64,000 nt of DNA from Blastocatellia bacterium (GTDB lineage Bacteria; Acidobacteriota; Blastocatellia; UBA7656): positions 96,001 to 160,000 of the forward strand of contig CAVXWP010000002.1 of the NCBI GenBank assembly GCA_963765495.1, written 5' to 3'. The position numbers and the translations under genes were made by a program. Positions 26,600 through 37,157 of the stretch are shown here, one piece after another. How positions within the stretch are numbered: position 1 is the first letter of the stretch; each line of letters begins with the position of its first letter. Under the pieces are notes generated by a model. The model was not told where the DNA came from and made no database searches. It worked only from the letters and a program-made list of their open reading frames with translations.

Positions 26600-27682
26600 A
26601 TGACAAGCCGGAGAATTGCCTACCTGCGACTCAAGAACCAGTATATTGCCGGAATCGGTTTTGACAGACCCGCCGATACGGTCGAGTGGTTTGGCGCTGT
26701 TCAGGCTCAGGATTATTTGGGCGCGTTGTGGGCTGTCGGGCTTCGCACGCAGCAGGCCACAGAAAAAAAGATCGAGCAGGCAATAGCCGAAAAGAGCATA
26801 GTTCGAACGTGGCCGATGCGCGGGACATTGCATTTTGTGGCTGCCCGTGATGCCCGCTGGATGCTTGAGCTTTTGACTCCCCGCATCGTGGCGGGAAGGG
26901 CAAACCGATTGAAAAAGCATATGGAGCTCGATGAAAAGGTCTTTTCCCGCAGCAAAGAAGTGATCGGAAGGGCGCTTGAAGGCGGCAGGCAGATGGAGCG
27001 AAACTCAATTTATAAAGCTTTGGAGGCTGCCCGTATTTCGACATCCAACATGCGCGGGCTTCACATCCTGTCCAGGCTGGCGATGAACGGCTTTATCTGT
27101 TTTGGGGCGCGCGAAGGCAAACAACACACATTTGCCCTGCTCGATGAATGGATTCCTGAATCGAGAAAGATGGACCGCGAGGCGGCGCTCGCGGAACTCG
27201 CAAGACGCTATTTCACAAGCCACGGGCCAGCCACGTTGCAGGACTTCATCTGGTGGTCAGGGCTGACCTCGGCCAATGCGAGAGAGGGCCTGGGGCTGGC
27301 AAAAGCGCGCCTCGAACAGGAAATTATCGATGATCAGACATACTGGTTTTCTTCATACAACGGAGAGGTGAAAGATATTGCCGCAGATGTTTATATACTC
27401 CCGGCCTTTGATGAGTACACGGTTGCCTACAGGGATCGAAGCGCCGTACTCGACCCTTTGCATGCGAAACAAACCTCCTCCGGCTACGGTATCTTTCACC
27501 CGATTATTGTGGTCGATGGTCGCGTCGCAGGCACGTGGAAACGCACACAGACGAGGGGCTCAATCGTCATCACTCCAAACCTTTTCGTAAAGATCAGCAA
27601 AGCAAAAACAGAGGCCCTCGCGGAAGCGGCAGACCGCTACGGCAGATTTCTTGAAGCGACGATTGAATTATCGAAAGGCTGA
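26600..27682 (+). CDS. AlkZ/YcaQ-family winged-helix DNA glycosylase
   Basis: AVQAQD, RTWPMRGTLHFV, HGPATLQDF, LPAFDEY. Confidence 0.88.
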   Translation: MTSRRIAYLRLKNQYIAGIGFDRPADTVEWFGAVQAQDYLGALWAVGLRTQQATEKKIEQAIAEKSIVRTWPMRGTLHFVAARDARWMLELLTPRIVAGRANRLKKHMELDEKVFSRSKEVIGRALEGGRQMERNSIYKALEAARISTSNMRGLHILSRLAMNGFICFGAREGKQHTFALLDEWIPESRKMDREAALAELARRYFTSHGPATLQDFIWWSGLTSANAREGLGLAKARLEQEIIDDQTYWFSSYNGEVKDIAADVYILPAFDEYTVAYRDRSAVLDPLHAKQTSSGYGIFHPIIVVDGRVAGTWKRTQTRGSIVITPNLFVKISKAKTEALAEAADRYGRFLEATIELSKG

Positions 27683-27832
27683 TTGCTATATGAAACCGCT
27701 TAGAATTTCCTGAGACTTGAATAACCCTGCCGTATCATCCTTCGCCGTGGTTGTCAGATGATTGGTTGCGACTCTTACGTGAGACGGTTAGATTAGCAAT
27801 TTACAATTTCAATATTCTTTGGGGAATCTAGC

Positions 27833-28259
27833 GTGCAGAAGAAGAGCCCGAGAAAAGAGGCAGCGAAGGAGGCGAAAGAGACCGGGCGAGTTGAGGCATT
27901 CAGCGACGGCGTATTTGCCATAGCCATCACGCTTCTCGTACTCGACCTCATTGGCCGAGTACATCGAACGCCAAGAGGCTTCGGTGACGGCATTAATTTA
28001 CTCTGGAATCTTTGTAGTGATCGCAATCCTCTTCAACCTGCTCTGGCGATACGCAAGCGGGCGCGGCAATTTGCTGGCCGCAGATCATGATCCTGCCTCG
28101 GTTCGGGCCATCACAGAGCAATACAGGTTTGGCCCCCTCATGTACATTGCCGCTCTTTTGCTGGCGTTTGCGAGCCCGCTTGCGAGTTTTGGACTCTGTA
28201 TGTTGTTTGCGATCTTTTTCGCCCTGCCAAGAGGTTTGACAGGCTCGGCCAGCATTTGA
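27833..28259 (+). pseudogene. TMEM175/DUF1211 channel gene with internal deletion and frameshift
   Basis: RVEAFSDGVFAIAITLLVLDL in one frame; the C-terminal helices (AEYIERQEA...LLWRYA...) begin immediately in another frame at ~27951. Confidence 0.8.
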
Positions 28260-28276
28260 AACCGGGAGTATAACCG

Positions 28277-29053
28277 ATGGATGAGGCAGACCGTTATGCG
28301 CGTTATCCCAGTCTTCGTGACAGGGTAATACTTGTGACAGGCGGCGGTTCTGGCATTGGCGCGGCAATAGTCGAGCACTTCGCGCTCCAGCAGGCGAAAG
28401 TTGCATTCCTCGACATCGCCGGAGATTGCTCGGTGGAACTTGTTGAGAGGCTGGCCGACCGCTGCCCGCAGACGCCCCTCTTTCTTCAATGTGACCTGAC
28501 CGACATCGAGGCATTGCGCGGGGCCGTCCGCGAGGTCGAAGCGCGGCTGGGCATCACGCGAGTGCTGATCAATAACGCCGCCAGGGATGACCGTCACAGG
28601 TCCGCCGATGTGACCCCGGAAGAATGGGACGCCCACATGAAAATAAACCTGCGGCATCAATTCTTTGCCATACAGGCGGTCGCGCCCGGGATGGCTGCCG
28701 AAGGCGGGGGCTCGATCATAAACATGGGGTCGATAGCATGGAAGATTCCAACTACCGGCCTGCCTGCATATGTAACCGCCAAGGCGGCTATTGTCGGGCT
28801 GACCAGGACGCTTGCCAGAGAACTCGGCCCCGCAAATATTCGCGTCAATTGCGTGATGCCCGGAGCCATAATGACCGAACGCCAGAAACGGCTCTGGCTG
28901 ACGCCTGAATATGAGGCCGAAATAATGGAGGCTCAATCCATAAAACGACAACTTCTCCCCGAGGATGTTGCCCGATTGATTCTCTTTCTTGCCTCCGACG
29001 ATAGCAGCGGCATCACCAGCCAGAGCCATATCATTGATGGAGGCTGGGTGTAA
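28277..29053 (+). CDS. SDR oxidoreductase (D-xylose dehydrogenase-like)
   Basis: TGGGSGIG, NNAARDDRH, YVTAKAA, MTERQKRLW. Confidence 0.88.
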   Translation: MDEADRYARYPSLRDRVILVTGGGSGIGAAIVEHFALQQAKVAFLDIAGDCSVELVERLADRCPQTPLFLQCDLTDIEALRGAVREVEARLGITRVLINNAARDDRHRSADVTPEEWDAHMKINLRHQFFAIQAVAPGMAAEGGGSIINMGSIAWKIPTTGLPAYVTAKAAIVGLTRTLARELGPANIRVNCVMPGAIMTERQKRLWLTPEYEAEIMEAQSIKRQLLPEDVARLILFLASDDSSGITSQSHIIDGGWV

Positions 29054-29153
29054 TAAAGCCTCAGAATCTCTTTCCTGGAAATTTCCCCCGATTGAATCTT
29101 TTAAGACAAAGAGAGGGGATTCCTTCGCCGGAAGTTTATCCTTTGGTGCTCAA

Positions 29154-30194
29154 ATGAAACTGCAAAATCGTGAGACTCCCTGGATCAGGTTGGATTTGGC
29201 TTCGGTGGAAACAACAGACCCGAATCGAGCCGCAACTGAGCTTCCAGAGATTGAGAACAGAACCAGCCGCCTGGCCCCTTCGAATGGAAGTATATTCCCT
29301 CACGAAATTTCCATAAAACACCTGATCGCCCCGGCTGCTAAATCGAAACCCAAGACTCACGCCAGCCCCTCATCCGAGCAAACGCTGCACGATGTACGGG
29401 CCAGGCTTGAAGCCAGACTCGAATGCCTTGACTTCCTGTTGACTCAGAAAAAAAATGTGCGCGCAAGGAGGAGTTTTCCCCGTCTTTCGGATGAACTCAG
29501 AGATCAAGCCCCGACTCCTTCCGCTATCGAATCGTTTGAAACATCCACCGAGTTTCCAACAGACCAGATTGAAACCGAAAACTGCGAATTCGCTCTTCTG
29601 GAATATAGCTCCTATAACCGCACCTCTATAATGAGGGATACATATAAGGCCGATCTGCTCGCAAGGCAGGGGCAGGTCGAGCAAGCCGTGACCCTGCTCA
29701 AAGCTATCGTCAAGTATGATCCAGATAATGCGCTGATTCGTCTCAAGCTGAGACGTATCTATTTGCAGGCAGGCTTGATGGATCTAGCTTCAAATGAAAC
29801 GCTTCAGTTATCACGAATAGAGCAGACCCGCCACGAGACGTTTGCATCAGAGGATTCCGAAACCAGAAATGACGGCGAACTGAATTCAACCGATTCGGTC
29901 GACAGACGCATGCTGAAGCGAATGCCCCTTTCCCTGCCTCTTCTGGCAATTTCAGATGCGGGGCAGTGGCAGGAATTCACAGAAACTATCGATGTCAATC
30001 AAACAGGTCTTATGATTCGTCTGACGCATCCGGTAGAGGTTGGAATGAAGCTGAGAATCAAAACCCCAATGCCGAAACACCTGCGAATCCATAGCCGCGA
30101 AAGCCGACTCTATGATGTCAATTGCGTCGTGCGCCACACAAAGAGAGAGAAATTCGGCTGGAATCTGGTGGGCGTGGATTTCGAGATTTTGTAA
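29154..30194 (+). CDS. TPR + PilZ domain protein
   Basis: TPR-like KADLLARQGQVEQAVTLLKAIVKYDPDN; PilZ DRRMLKR...DVNQTG...VGVDF; start uncertain. Confidence 0.7.
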   Translation: MKLQNRETPWIRLDLASVETTDPNRAATELPEIENRTSRLAPSNGSIFPHEISIKHLIAPAAKSKPKTHASPSSEQTLHDVRARLEARLECLDFLLTQKKNVRARRSFPRLSDELRDQAPTPSAIESFETSTEFPTDQIETENCEFALLEYSSYNRTSIMRDTYKADLLARQGQVEQAVTLLKAIVKYDPDNALIRLKLRRIYLQAGLMDLASNETLQLSRIEQTRHETFASEDSETRNDGELNSTDSVDRRMLKRMPLSLPLLAISDAGQWQEFTETIDVNQTGLMIRLTHPVEVGMKLRIKTPMPKHLRIHSRESRLYDVNCVVRHTKREKFGWNLVGVDFEIL

Positions 30195-30496
30195 TTCGAC
30201 GCGAGATCAAAAAGTCAATCAAAGCGCCGGCCCCAAAGCATACACCCTTTCGAAACTGGAGCATTAAGGGCTGATGAGCCTCGGAAGGGACCGCCTGTAC
30301 CAACTATTCATATAAAGCCCCATCAGCGCGCAAAGCCCGTTCAGGCTTTCATCGAGGCCGGAAGCGGTGTCTTCTTTCAAGCCATCGTAACCGGCGAGCC
30401 GGAGCCGGTGTCTGATCTTATGTGGATGATTGGTGCTCTACCTGATTATTTAATTCAAATGATTGCCGAACGCACCAATTACATAGAAGAGGAGAA

Positions 30497-30781
30497 ATGA
30501 TCATGAAGAAGATTCTCGCATTATCAATACTGGCATCCTGTCTTACATTTGGCGCAGGCACCAGTTTCGCCGCAACAGGTGCCACAAGAACATCAGCGCC
30601 TGCGGTCACAAGGAGCGCAAATACGGTCGCGCAAAGGTGGAGGAATCCGAGGGTTCGGACTCGTCTGGTGACACGGACGGTGCGACAAGGTAGGCACCTT
30701 TACAGGGTCACTTACAGAATCACTACCTTGCGAAACGGCAGGACATCCAGCAGGGTGGTTCGAAGAGTAATAATCCGCTAG
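30497..30781 (+). CDS. Small exported Arg-rich protein
   Basis: Signal peptide; AGGAGA RBS; Arg/Val/Thr-rich C-terminus. Confidence 0.75.
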   Translation: MIMKKILALSILASCLTFGAGTSFAATGATRTSAPAVTRSANTVAQRWRNPRVRTRLVTRTVRQGRHLYRVTYRITTLRNGRTSSRVVRRVIIR

Positions 30782-30824
30782 GATTCGGCGACCATACATG
30801 ACACAAAGAAAACAAGCTCCGAAG

Positions 30825-30869
30825 ATGATCTGCTAAGAGAGCAAAGTATTTCTCTTGGCAGATCATTTT
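30825..30869 (+). terminator. Hairpin terminator
   Basis: ATGATCTGCTAAGAGA...TCTCTTGGCAGATCAT followed by a T run. Confidence 0.6.
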
Positions 30870-31050
30870 GCATCATTGCCTCAGATCAAGCACAGAAACC
30901 CTCCCGGGAAATAATCTGTAAATGTCGTAATCACCCTGCGGGTGCAGTGTAAATTCAAACCTTAAAATTCTTTGCCTGCTTTGCAAATAGACCTCAGTTG
31001 CCATGCGCTCAAATAAACGACATGATAAGAGTAAGGAGGCCCCGCAAATT

Positions 31051-31833
31051 ATGTGCTCTGCAAAGCGACAGACCGAAACCCTGGACGGAATCGAGATGTA
31101 TGTAGAGGTTTTCGGAGAAGGAGAGCCGCTCCTTCTTCTACACGGATTTTCAGGGGCGGGTTCGAACTGGGAATCGTTCATACCTCGTTTTGTCGAGCGA
31201 TACAGGCTTGTAATCCCCGACCTCAGAGGCCACGGGCGTTCCACGAATCCTACCCGGAGCTTTACATTTCGCCAATCCGCCTTAGATATTTATGCGCTGC
31301 TCGACCGGCTGGAAATTGGTAACTTCAAAGCGATCGGCGTAAGTGGCGGGGCCAAGACTATACTTCACATGGCCACACAGCAACCCGGGCGTGTCGAGGC
31401 AATGGTAATCGTCAGCGCAGCGCCATATTTTCCCGAGCAGGCCCGCGCCATAATGGGGCAGATGAATCCCGATAATCGGTCTGATGAGGAGTGGAAACTT
31501 ATGCGTGAATGGCATAAGCACGGCGACGAGCAGATTCGAGCCCTCTGGCAGCAGGGGCACGACTTTAAAGACAGCTACGATGACATGAATTTTACGCCTC
31601 CTTATCTCTCAACCATTACAGCCGATACGCTGATCGTACACGGGGACCGTGATCCGTTTTATCCGGTCGAGCTTGCCCTTGAAATGTACAGAGCGATTCC
31701 GGCCTCTTACCTCTGGGTCATACCCGACGGCGGGCACGGCCCTATCTTCGGAGAGACAAAGGATCAATTCATCGAGGCTGCCCTGGCTTTCCTCGGCGAC
31801 AAAGGGGCGTCTAATTCGCAGGGCAAATCTTAG
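31051..31833 (+). CDS. Alpha/beta hydrolase
   Basis: LLLHGF, DLRGHGRS, GVSGG, HGDRD, GGHG. Confidence 0.9.
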   Translation: MCSAKRQTETLDGIEMYVEVFGEGEPLLLLHGFSGAGSNWESFIPRFVERYRLVIPDLRGHGRSTNPTRSFTFRQSALDIYALLDRLEIGNFKAIGVSGGAKTILHMATQQPGRVEAMVIVSAAPYFPEQARAIMGQMNPDNRSDEEWKLMREWHKHGDEQIRALWQQGHDFKDSYDDMNFTPPYLSTITADTLIVHGDRDPFYPVELALEMYRAIPASYLWVIPDGGHGPIFGETKDQFIEAALAFLGDKGASNSQGKS

Positions 31834-31924
31834 CGCGCTTTGCGAGAGATAGTTGCTCGCAAAGGCATACGATTAATTGCTATGATCTGTCCTGATCTGG
31901 ATAGTTTTCCGATGAGGAGTTTTT

Positions 31925-32413
31925 ATGCGACTTGTTACCTGCGCCTGCGCGATGCTGTTATTGCTTTCTCTTCCCGTTCATTCGGATGAAAAGACGACCT
32001 CAAAAGAGGACGTAATGAATGTAGTAAACCGGCTTTTTGATGTCATGCGGAGCAGAGATGTCGCGGGTATGCGACAGTTATTCTCTCCCGAAGGCCGGTT
32101 GCTCTCCATCTTTAAGCGCGATGGTCAGAAAATCGTAAGAAACCTCTCCGTAGATGATTTTGCAAAGATGGTTGAACATACGAAGGAAACATACAGCGAG
32201 CGCATGTTTGAGCCCGAGGTTCAGATCAGCGGAGACCTCGCAACGGTCTGGGGCTGGTATGACTTTCACGTCGGGGAGCAATTGACCAATTGCGGCACGA
32301 ATGCGTTTCAGTTGCTTAGGACGGATGAGGGATGGAAAATCGCGCAGATCGTCTCAACGATCCAGACCACAGACTGTGATCGCCTGCGGGGCGGGAAGGA
32401 TTTGCGAAAGTAA
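31925..32413 (+). CDS. Exported NTF2-like protein
   Basis: Signal peptide; ISGDLATVWGWYDF...CGTNAFQLLRTDEGWKI. Confidence 0.8.
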   Translation: MRLVTCACAMLLLLSLPVHSDEKTTSKEDVMNVVNRLFDVMRSRDVAGMRQLFSPEGRLLSIFKRDGQKIVRNLSVDDFAKMVEHTKETYSERMFEPEVQISGDLATVWGWYDFHVGEQLTNCGTNAFQLLRTDEGWKIAQIVSTIQTTDCDRLRGGKDLRK

Positions 32414-32469
32414 TCAAAGGCGCGTCGGGGAAGGCTAACAAGAAACCGACTCGAAGAAATCAGATCATT

Positions 32470-33432
32470 ATGCGAGTTGTCATCCTCGATGATTATCAGG
32501 ACGCGGTGAGAAGGCTCGGCTGCTTCTCGAAACTCGAGCATCATCACGTCACCATATTCAATGATACGATCAAGGATATTCCCACCCTTTCCGACAGGCT
32601 CAAGGAGGCCGAAGCCCTCGTATTGATTCGAGAGCGCACCGCGATCTCCGACGCCTTGCTTGCCAACCTCCCGCGCCTCAAACTGATCAGCCAGACAGGC
32701 AAAGGCGTCTCGCACATTGACCTTGGCGCGTGCACTCGGCGGGGCGTTATCGTCTCTGCCGGAACAGGCTCTCCTTACGCCCCGGCGGAACTGACCTGGG
32801 CGCTTGTGCTCGCCTCCCGGCGGAACATCCCGCGCGAAATCGAAGGATTGCGCGCCGGAGGCTGGCAATCCACTCTCGGCTATTCGCTACGCAATCAAAC
32901 GCTTGGGATCTGGGGTTACGGCAAGATAGGCAGCCTCGTCGCGGGCTATGGCAGGGCATTTGGTATGAATGTTCTGGTCTGGGGGCGTGAGAATTCGCTC
33001 TCTCGGGCACAAATGGCTGGATACGCCTTATCCAGCGACAGGCTCGCGCTTCTGGAGCAGTCCGACGTGCTCTCTCTGCACATAAGATTGACCGATCAGA
33101 CGCGCGGGCTTCTCACCTTTGCCGATCTTTCACGGATGAAGTCGGACGCCTTGCTCGTCAACACCAGCCGGGCCGAGTTGATAGAATCGGGCGCATTGGA
33201 GGCGGCGCTCGAGGCAGGCCGTCCGGGTTTTGCGGCGGTCGATGTTTTCGAAGATGAGCCTGTCCTCGACCGAAATCATCCTTTGCTAAAGCTGGAAAAC
33301 GCATTGTGCACGCCTCATCTCGGGTATGTTGAGAAGGATAGTTATGAGCTTTATTTCGGCCAGGCATTCGATCAAGTCCTGGCATTTGCGGAAGGCAGTC
33401 CCGTCAACGTAGTAAATCGCGAGGCGCTATGA
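32470..33432 (+). CDS. D-2-hydroxyacid dehydrogenase family protein
   Basis: ILDDYQ, IRERT, GYGKIG, NTSRA, TPHLGYV. Confidence 0.92.
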   Translation: MRVVILDDYQDAVRRLGCFSKLEHHHVTIFNDTIKDIPTLSDRLKEAEALVLIRERTAISDALLANLPRLKLISQTGKGVSHIDLGACTRRGVIVSAGTGSPYAPAELTWALVLASRRNIPREIEGLRAGGWQSTLGYSLRNQTLGIWGYGKIGSLVAGYGRAFGMNVLVWGRENSLSRAQMAGYALSSDRLALLEQSDVLSLHIRLTDQTRGLLTFADLSRMKSDALLVNTSRAELIESGALEAALEAGRPGFAAVDVFEDEPVLDRNHPLLKLENALCTPHLGYVEKDSYELYFGQAFDQVLAFAEGSPVNVVNREAL

Positions 33433-33499
33433 TGCCCCGCTTGCATATAGAGTTTGATTTGTGGAATACGGTTTATAATATCTCTGGTAGGAATCAAGT

Positions 33500-33829
33500 A
33501 TGAATACACAGGTTTTTCAAGTGCTTAAGTTCATGCAAATAAATCTTGGCAAGACTATATCAATTGACGAGATGGCTCATCTGGTTCACCTGTCCCGTTC
33601 TCGTTTACACTACCTGTTTAAAACCGATCTTGGGGTGGCCCCAAGACAATATCTGAAGGCCCTTCGTATACAGAGAGCGTGTCATCTCTTAGAGGCCACG
33701 CTCCTTGGCGTAAGAGAGATAGCATTAGAAGTCGGGTACAAAGATGATAGCCACTTCATGCGCGACTTTAAGAAGGTCCGGGGCGTCACTCCTTCTCAAT
33801 ACAGGTCGAACTTTTTAGAACCCGAGTAA
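33500..33829 (+). CDS. Stand-alone AraC-type HTH regulator
   Basis: LSRSRLHYLFK...IALEVGYKDDSHFMRDFKKVRGVTPSQYR. Confidence 0.88.
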   Translation: MNTQVFQVLKFMQINLGKTISIDEMAHLVHLSRSRLHYLFKTDLGVAPRQYLKALRIQRACHLLEATLLGVREIALEVGYKDDSHFMRDFKKVRGVTPSQYRSNFLEPE

Positions 33830-34653
33830 TGCCCAAACAGGCAAAGGGCAGAACAACCAGGGAGTTTGATAAGAACGGGTGGGAAGAGCGCCGACCAGTC
33901 ATTCGTCCGACCTGCTCGTTTCGAGGGAGTGTTCTCATGATTTCCCGAACTGATTTTTGTGATTTCTCCGACTCAAACCTTCGACCGACACCTATTCTTG
34001 ATCACGAAAATCCAGACATCTGCGGTCTGGTTTCCAGGTTGCGAGCCGGTTCCTCATCTGCAATCTCATTTCTTCGGTCGGCTCATCGCTCGATCAGTTC
34101 AAGTCTCAGACCCATCTATACTCTCGATGAATTTCAACCCGCATCGATCACCCTCTCAAAAGGCAAAGGCTCTTGCAGCCAGCGCATGGCCTGTCTTGAG
34201 GCCGTCTCTCGCGCAAACAATATCCCAACACGAGTTCGGGGTCTGCGGATTGAGGGCCGCTTCTGGTATCCCCGATTCTATCTTTCACGCCCCTTTATAC
34301 CGTCGAGTATTCTCTTAGCCTGGCCGCAATTCTATATTTCCGACCAGTGGGTTGATATAGATGAGTTATACGGGAGCACGTCCGAACTCGTAGAGAAAGC
34401 CTACGACGGGTTTAGCAATGCCGGTGAGACCCTCTTTGAGGCCGTCGCGCACACGGCAGTAGATTTCTTCGGGAAGACACGCGATTGCGGAGTGATCTGC
34501 TCGACCACGCAATTCGATCTGTCCAGGTACGTAGTCGGAGATGAAGGATTTTTCGATACGCGAGATGAGTTATTCGACAGGTTCGGGTCGTTCCAAAACA
34601 GCTTGCGAGGTAGAGTATTTGAGATGGTGTTTGGAGGGCGAAAAAGCGCGTAG
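33829..34653 (+). CDS. Transglutaminase-like domain protein
   Basis: ASITLSKGKGSCSQRMACLEAVSRANNIPTR...WVDID; start may be 33937. Confidence 0.75.
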   Translation: MPKQAKGRTTREFDKNGWEERRPVIRPTCSFRGSVLMISRTDFCDFSDSNLRPTPILDHENPDICGLVSRLRAGSSSAISFLRSAHRSISSSLRPIYTLDEFQPASITLSKGKGSCSQRMACLEAVSRANNIPTRVRGLRIEGRFWYPRFYLSRPFIPSSILLAWPQFYISDQWVDIDELYGSTSELVEKAYDGFSNAGETLFEAVAHTAVDFFGKTRDCGVICSTTQFDLSRYVVGDEGFFDTRDELFDRFGSFQNSLRGRVFEMVFGGRKSA

Positions 34654-34785
34654 AGCGATCATGCGCAAGCATTAGAGCCGGCATAATTTTGCCTTTTGAG
34701 TATTTGGTTGTGCTTGCAAAAGTTGAGGGGCTTAGTAAGACTAAGACAGGGGACGCTCGAACCTCGAACCGAAAGGAGAAGCTGC

Positions 34786-35313
34786 ATGTCTACGTTTCTC
34801 AGCAGGATATTTCTGACGATGATTGCGATCACGATTGCTTCCCTGCTTTCAACACCCTCACGGGCCAGACAGGACCGGGATGAAAAAGGCGAGTCCGCTC
34901 AATCGAAGGCATTGAAGAATCGCCGAATGATGCCAAAAGCTGCCGATATGGACAAGGCTGTTACATTAAGCGGTCTCCTCGAAAAGAAGGATGAGGGCGA
35001 TTGGTCCGCAAAGAAAGCCGCGACTATTGAGGGCTATGTCGTTCAGGTCGAGAAAGAGGAGGATGGAGATTTTCACATCGTCCTTGCCGAGGAAAAGCAG
35101 GAGAATAACACTAAAAAGTGGGCTGTCGTAGAGATGACACCGGCCTGGAGAGCAAAAAAGGCGACCTATTCAGATGCGCGTCTTAGAGGGCTTGTTGGTA
35201 AAAAAGTGCGCGTGACGGGCTGGCTTTTCTATGAACCGGAGGAGGGGCAACATGATCCCAGAGGAACGAGATGGGAACTGCATCCGGTGACCGCGATAAC
35301 TGTCGTAAAGTGA
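34786..35313 (+). CDS. Exported OB-fold-like hypothetical protein
   Basis: Signal peptide; IEGYV...DGDFHIVL...VEMTP...VRVTGWLF...WELHPVT. Confidence 0.7.
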   Translation: MSTFLSRIFLTMIAITIASLLSTPSRARQDRDEKGESAQSKALKNRRMMPKAADMDKAVTLSGLLEKKDEGDWSAKKAATIEGYVVQVEKEEDGDFHIVLAEEKQENNTKKWAVVEMTPAWRAKKATYSDARLRGLVGKKVRVTGWLFYEPEEGQHDPRGTRWELHPVTAITVVK

Positions 35314-35322
35314 CGAATCCAG

Positions 35323-35676
35323 ATGAAAGTTGCGCCTGTCAAACCTGCTATTACCTCTGACATCTTCGACAAACTGGATGTTCGCGCAGGCACTATCGTG
35401 AGTGTTGAAGATGTCAGAGGATCAAACAAACTCGTAAAATTGACCGTTGATTTTGGCGATCACAAGAGGACCATTCTGGCCGGATTGAAACAGGAACGTG
35501 AGAATCCCGAAGAGATAGTGGGCAAACAGGCATTGTTTGTAATAAACCTGGAGCCGAAAAAGATGATGGGTGAAACATCAGAAGGAATGTTGTTTGATCT
35601 TGGTTACGCGGACGGGATCAAGCCGGTCCTTGCGGTCCCCGAGACACCCGTGCCGAATGGAACCAGAGCAGGGTGA
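35323..35676 (+). CDS. tRNA-binding OB-fold protein (CsaA/Trbp111-like)
   Basis: FDKLDVRAGTI...KLVKLTVDFG...NLEPKKMMGETSEGM. Confidence 0.88.
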   Translation: MKVAPVKPAITSDIFDKLDVRAGTIVSVEDVRGSNKLVKLTVDFGDHKRTILAGLKQERENPEEIVGKQALFVINLEPKKMMGETSEGMLFDLGYADGIKPVLAVPETPVPNGTRAG

Positions 35677-35681
35677 GTCAG

Positions 35682-37088
35682 ATGAAAAACGCAAAATCGT
35701 TAGTCCTGATGATAATGCTCTCGATAATAGCCTTCCAGCTTGCCTCAATTCCCAACCATTCAGATGCACATCCAACCACCAGACTTCTCGATAAGCTTCC
35801 GGGTGATGAGCCTGCTCACTTATCTCATAATGCGAAATGGACATTGTACGATCCTGATCCGAATCATATCTGGAATCGGCTCTATCGCGCCCTTTACGCA
35901 AGGACAGGCCCGGACGGACAGGAATACGGCTATGATGAACTCGACCCCATTCTCTGGGTTCGGACAAAGCATTTGATCAGCGGCCCTTCATATCAGCAGG
36001 CCATAAAAGTGTTGAATGAATTTCTCTCATCAAACGCAGAGCGTCTGGTAAGCTCCCCGATAAAGCGCGCCGTATTTCAGCACGACCTCTGGGCAATTTT
36101 TGACTGGACTACGCGCAATGATGAAAATGAAGAAGTGCTTTCTCAAAGGCGAGAGCTTCAGATCAGGCTGGCAAAGATCATCCGCCGTCTGGCCTTATCC
36201 AGAGAACAAATTCAGAAACTCGATAACAATTACGCAGATGTGGTCGCGTTAAAGGAGTTCGCAGCGCGCTATGATGCCGACAAACCGACAGCCCCCTTTT
36301 TGCCGCCCGATCTGTTCCGAGAGAATGGGGAGTGGGTGTCAATAAGCACAGCCGACCAGGACCCGGTGGCCCTGTCACACGTCTTCAGTGTCTCGGGGCG
36401 TTCGGCGTTCCGAGTCTTCATACACCTGCCGGGGGGACGAGAGGCCACACTAAAATATATAACGACCCTCCGGGAATTCCCACAGCCCTGGCTACAGCAA
36501 AACCAGACGGCAAATCCCGATGGCTTTCGAAAGAACCCTTTACTTCCTCAGTTTCCCGCCGGCACGCAGTTAGCTCTGATTCGGCAGATGATTTTGATTG
36601 ATGATCGGGGCAATCTGGTCCCAACCACCCTGACCGAAGACGTACAGATACGGGTTCATCGCGCAATCCCTACTCGGCTTACCGAGGGACTCAATACCAG
36701 TTTTAATGAGGCGGATACGGCGCTTGATACATATGAATTCAGGTTGAGCCGGGAAATGCTGTTTGCGGAGAAGGCAGGTGGACTGCGCGCCCTGACACGT
36801 TCAGATAATGAATTCCCGCTTTTTCAATCACACGATATAGACCTGTTTGAAGAGGAATCAGGTGACGATGCAATCCAACGACACCTGCGACCGAGTCTAG
36901 CCTTTTGTGCGAAGTGCCATTTTGCGCCGGGGATTCATTCAATGCTCAGTTATCGCCCTCTGCGACCGAAGGTTTCCTGGAGCACTGAGAGTGAGGCAGG
37001 CACTATTTTAAGATGGAAAAGCGAGAAATACAGCTGGGGATTGCTGAACGGTTTGTGGATGAAAGAATCCAGCGCTCCGCCCAGGTAA
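35682..37088 (+). CDS. Exported hypothetical protein with one CxxCH motif
   Basis: Signal peptide; CAKCH near the C-terminus. Confidence 0.7.
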   Translation: MKNAKSLVLMIMLSIIAFQLASIPNHSDAHPTTRLLDKLPGDEPAHLSHNAKWTLYDPDPNHIWNRLYRALYARTGPDGQEYGYDELDPILWVRTKHLISGPSYQQAIKVLNEFLSSNAERLVSSPIKRAVFQHDLWAIFDWTTRNDENEEVLSQRRELQIRLAKIIRRLALSREQIQKLDNNYADVVALKEFAARYDADKPTAPFLPPDLFRENGEWVSISTADQDPVALSHVFSVSGRSAFRVFIHLPGGREATLKYITTLREFPQPWLQQNQTANPDGFRKNPLLPQFPAGTQLALIRQMILIDDRGNLVPTTLTEDVQIRVHRAIPTRLTEGLNTSFNEADTALDTYEFRLSREMLFAEKAGGLRALTRSDNEFPLFQSHDIDLFEEESGDDAIQRHLRPSLAFCAKCHFAPGIHSMLSYRPLRPKVSWSTESEAGTILRWKSEKYSWGLLNGLWMKESSAPPR

Positions 37089-37157
37089 TACCAAATCTTT
37101 TCAGATTACGGCGGCCTTTCGCTCAAACTCATTTGCGTAAGGCTCTTTCGGTATCAT

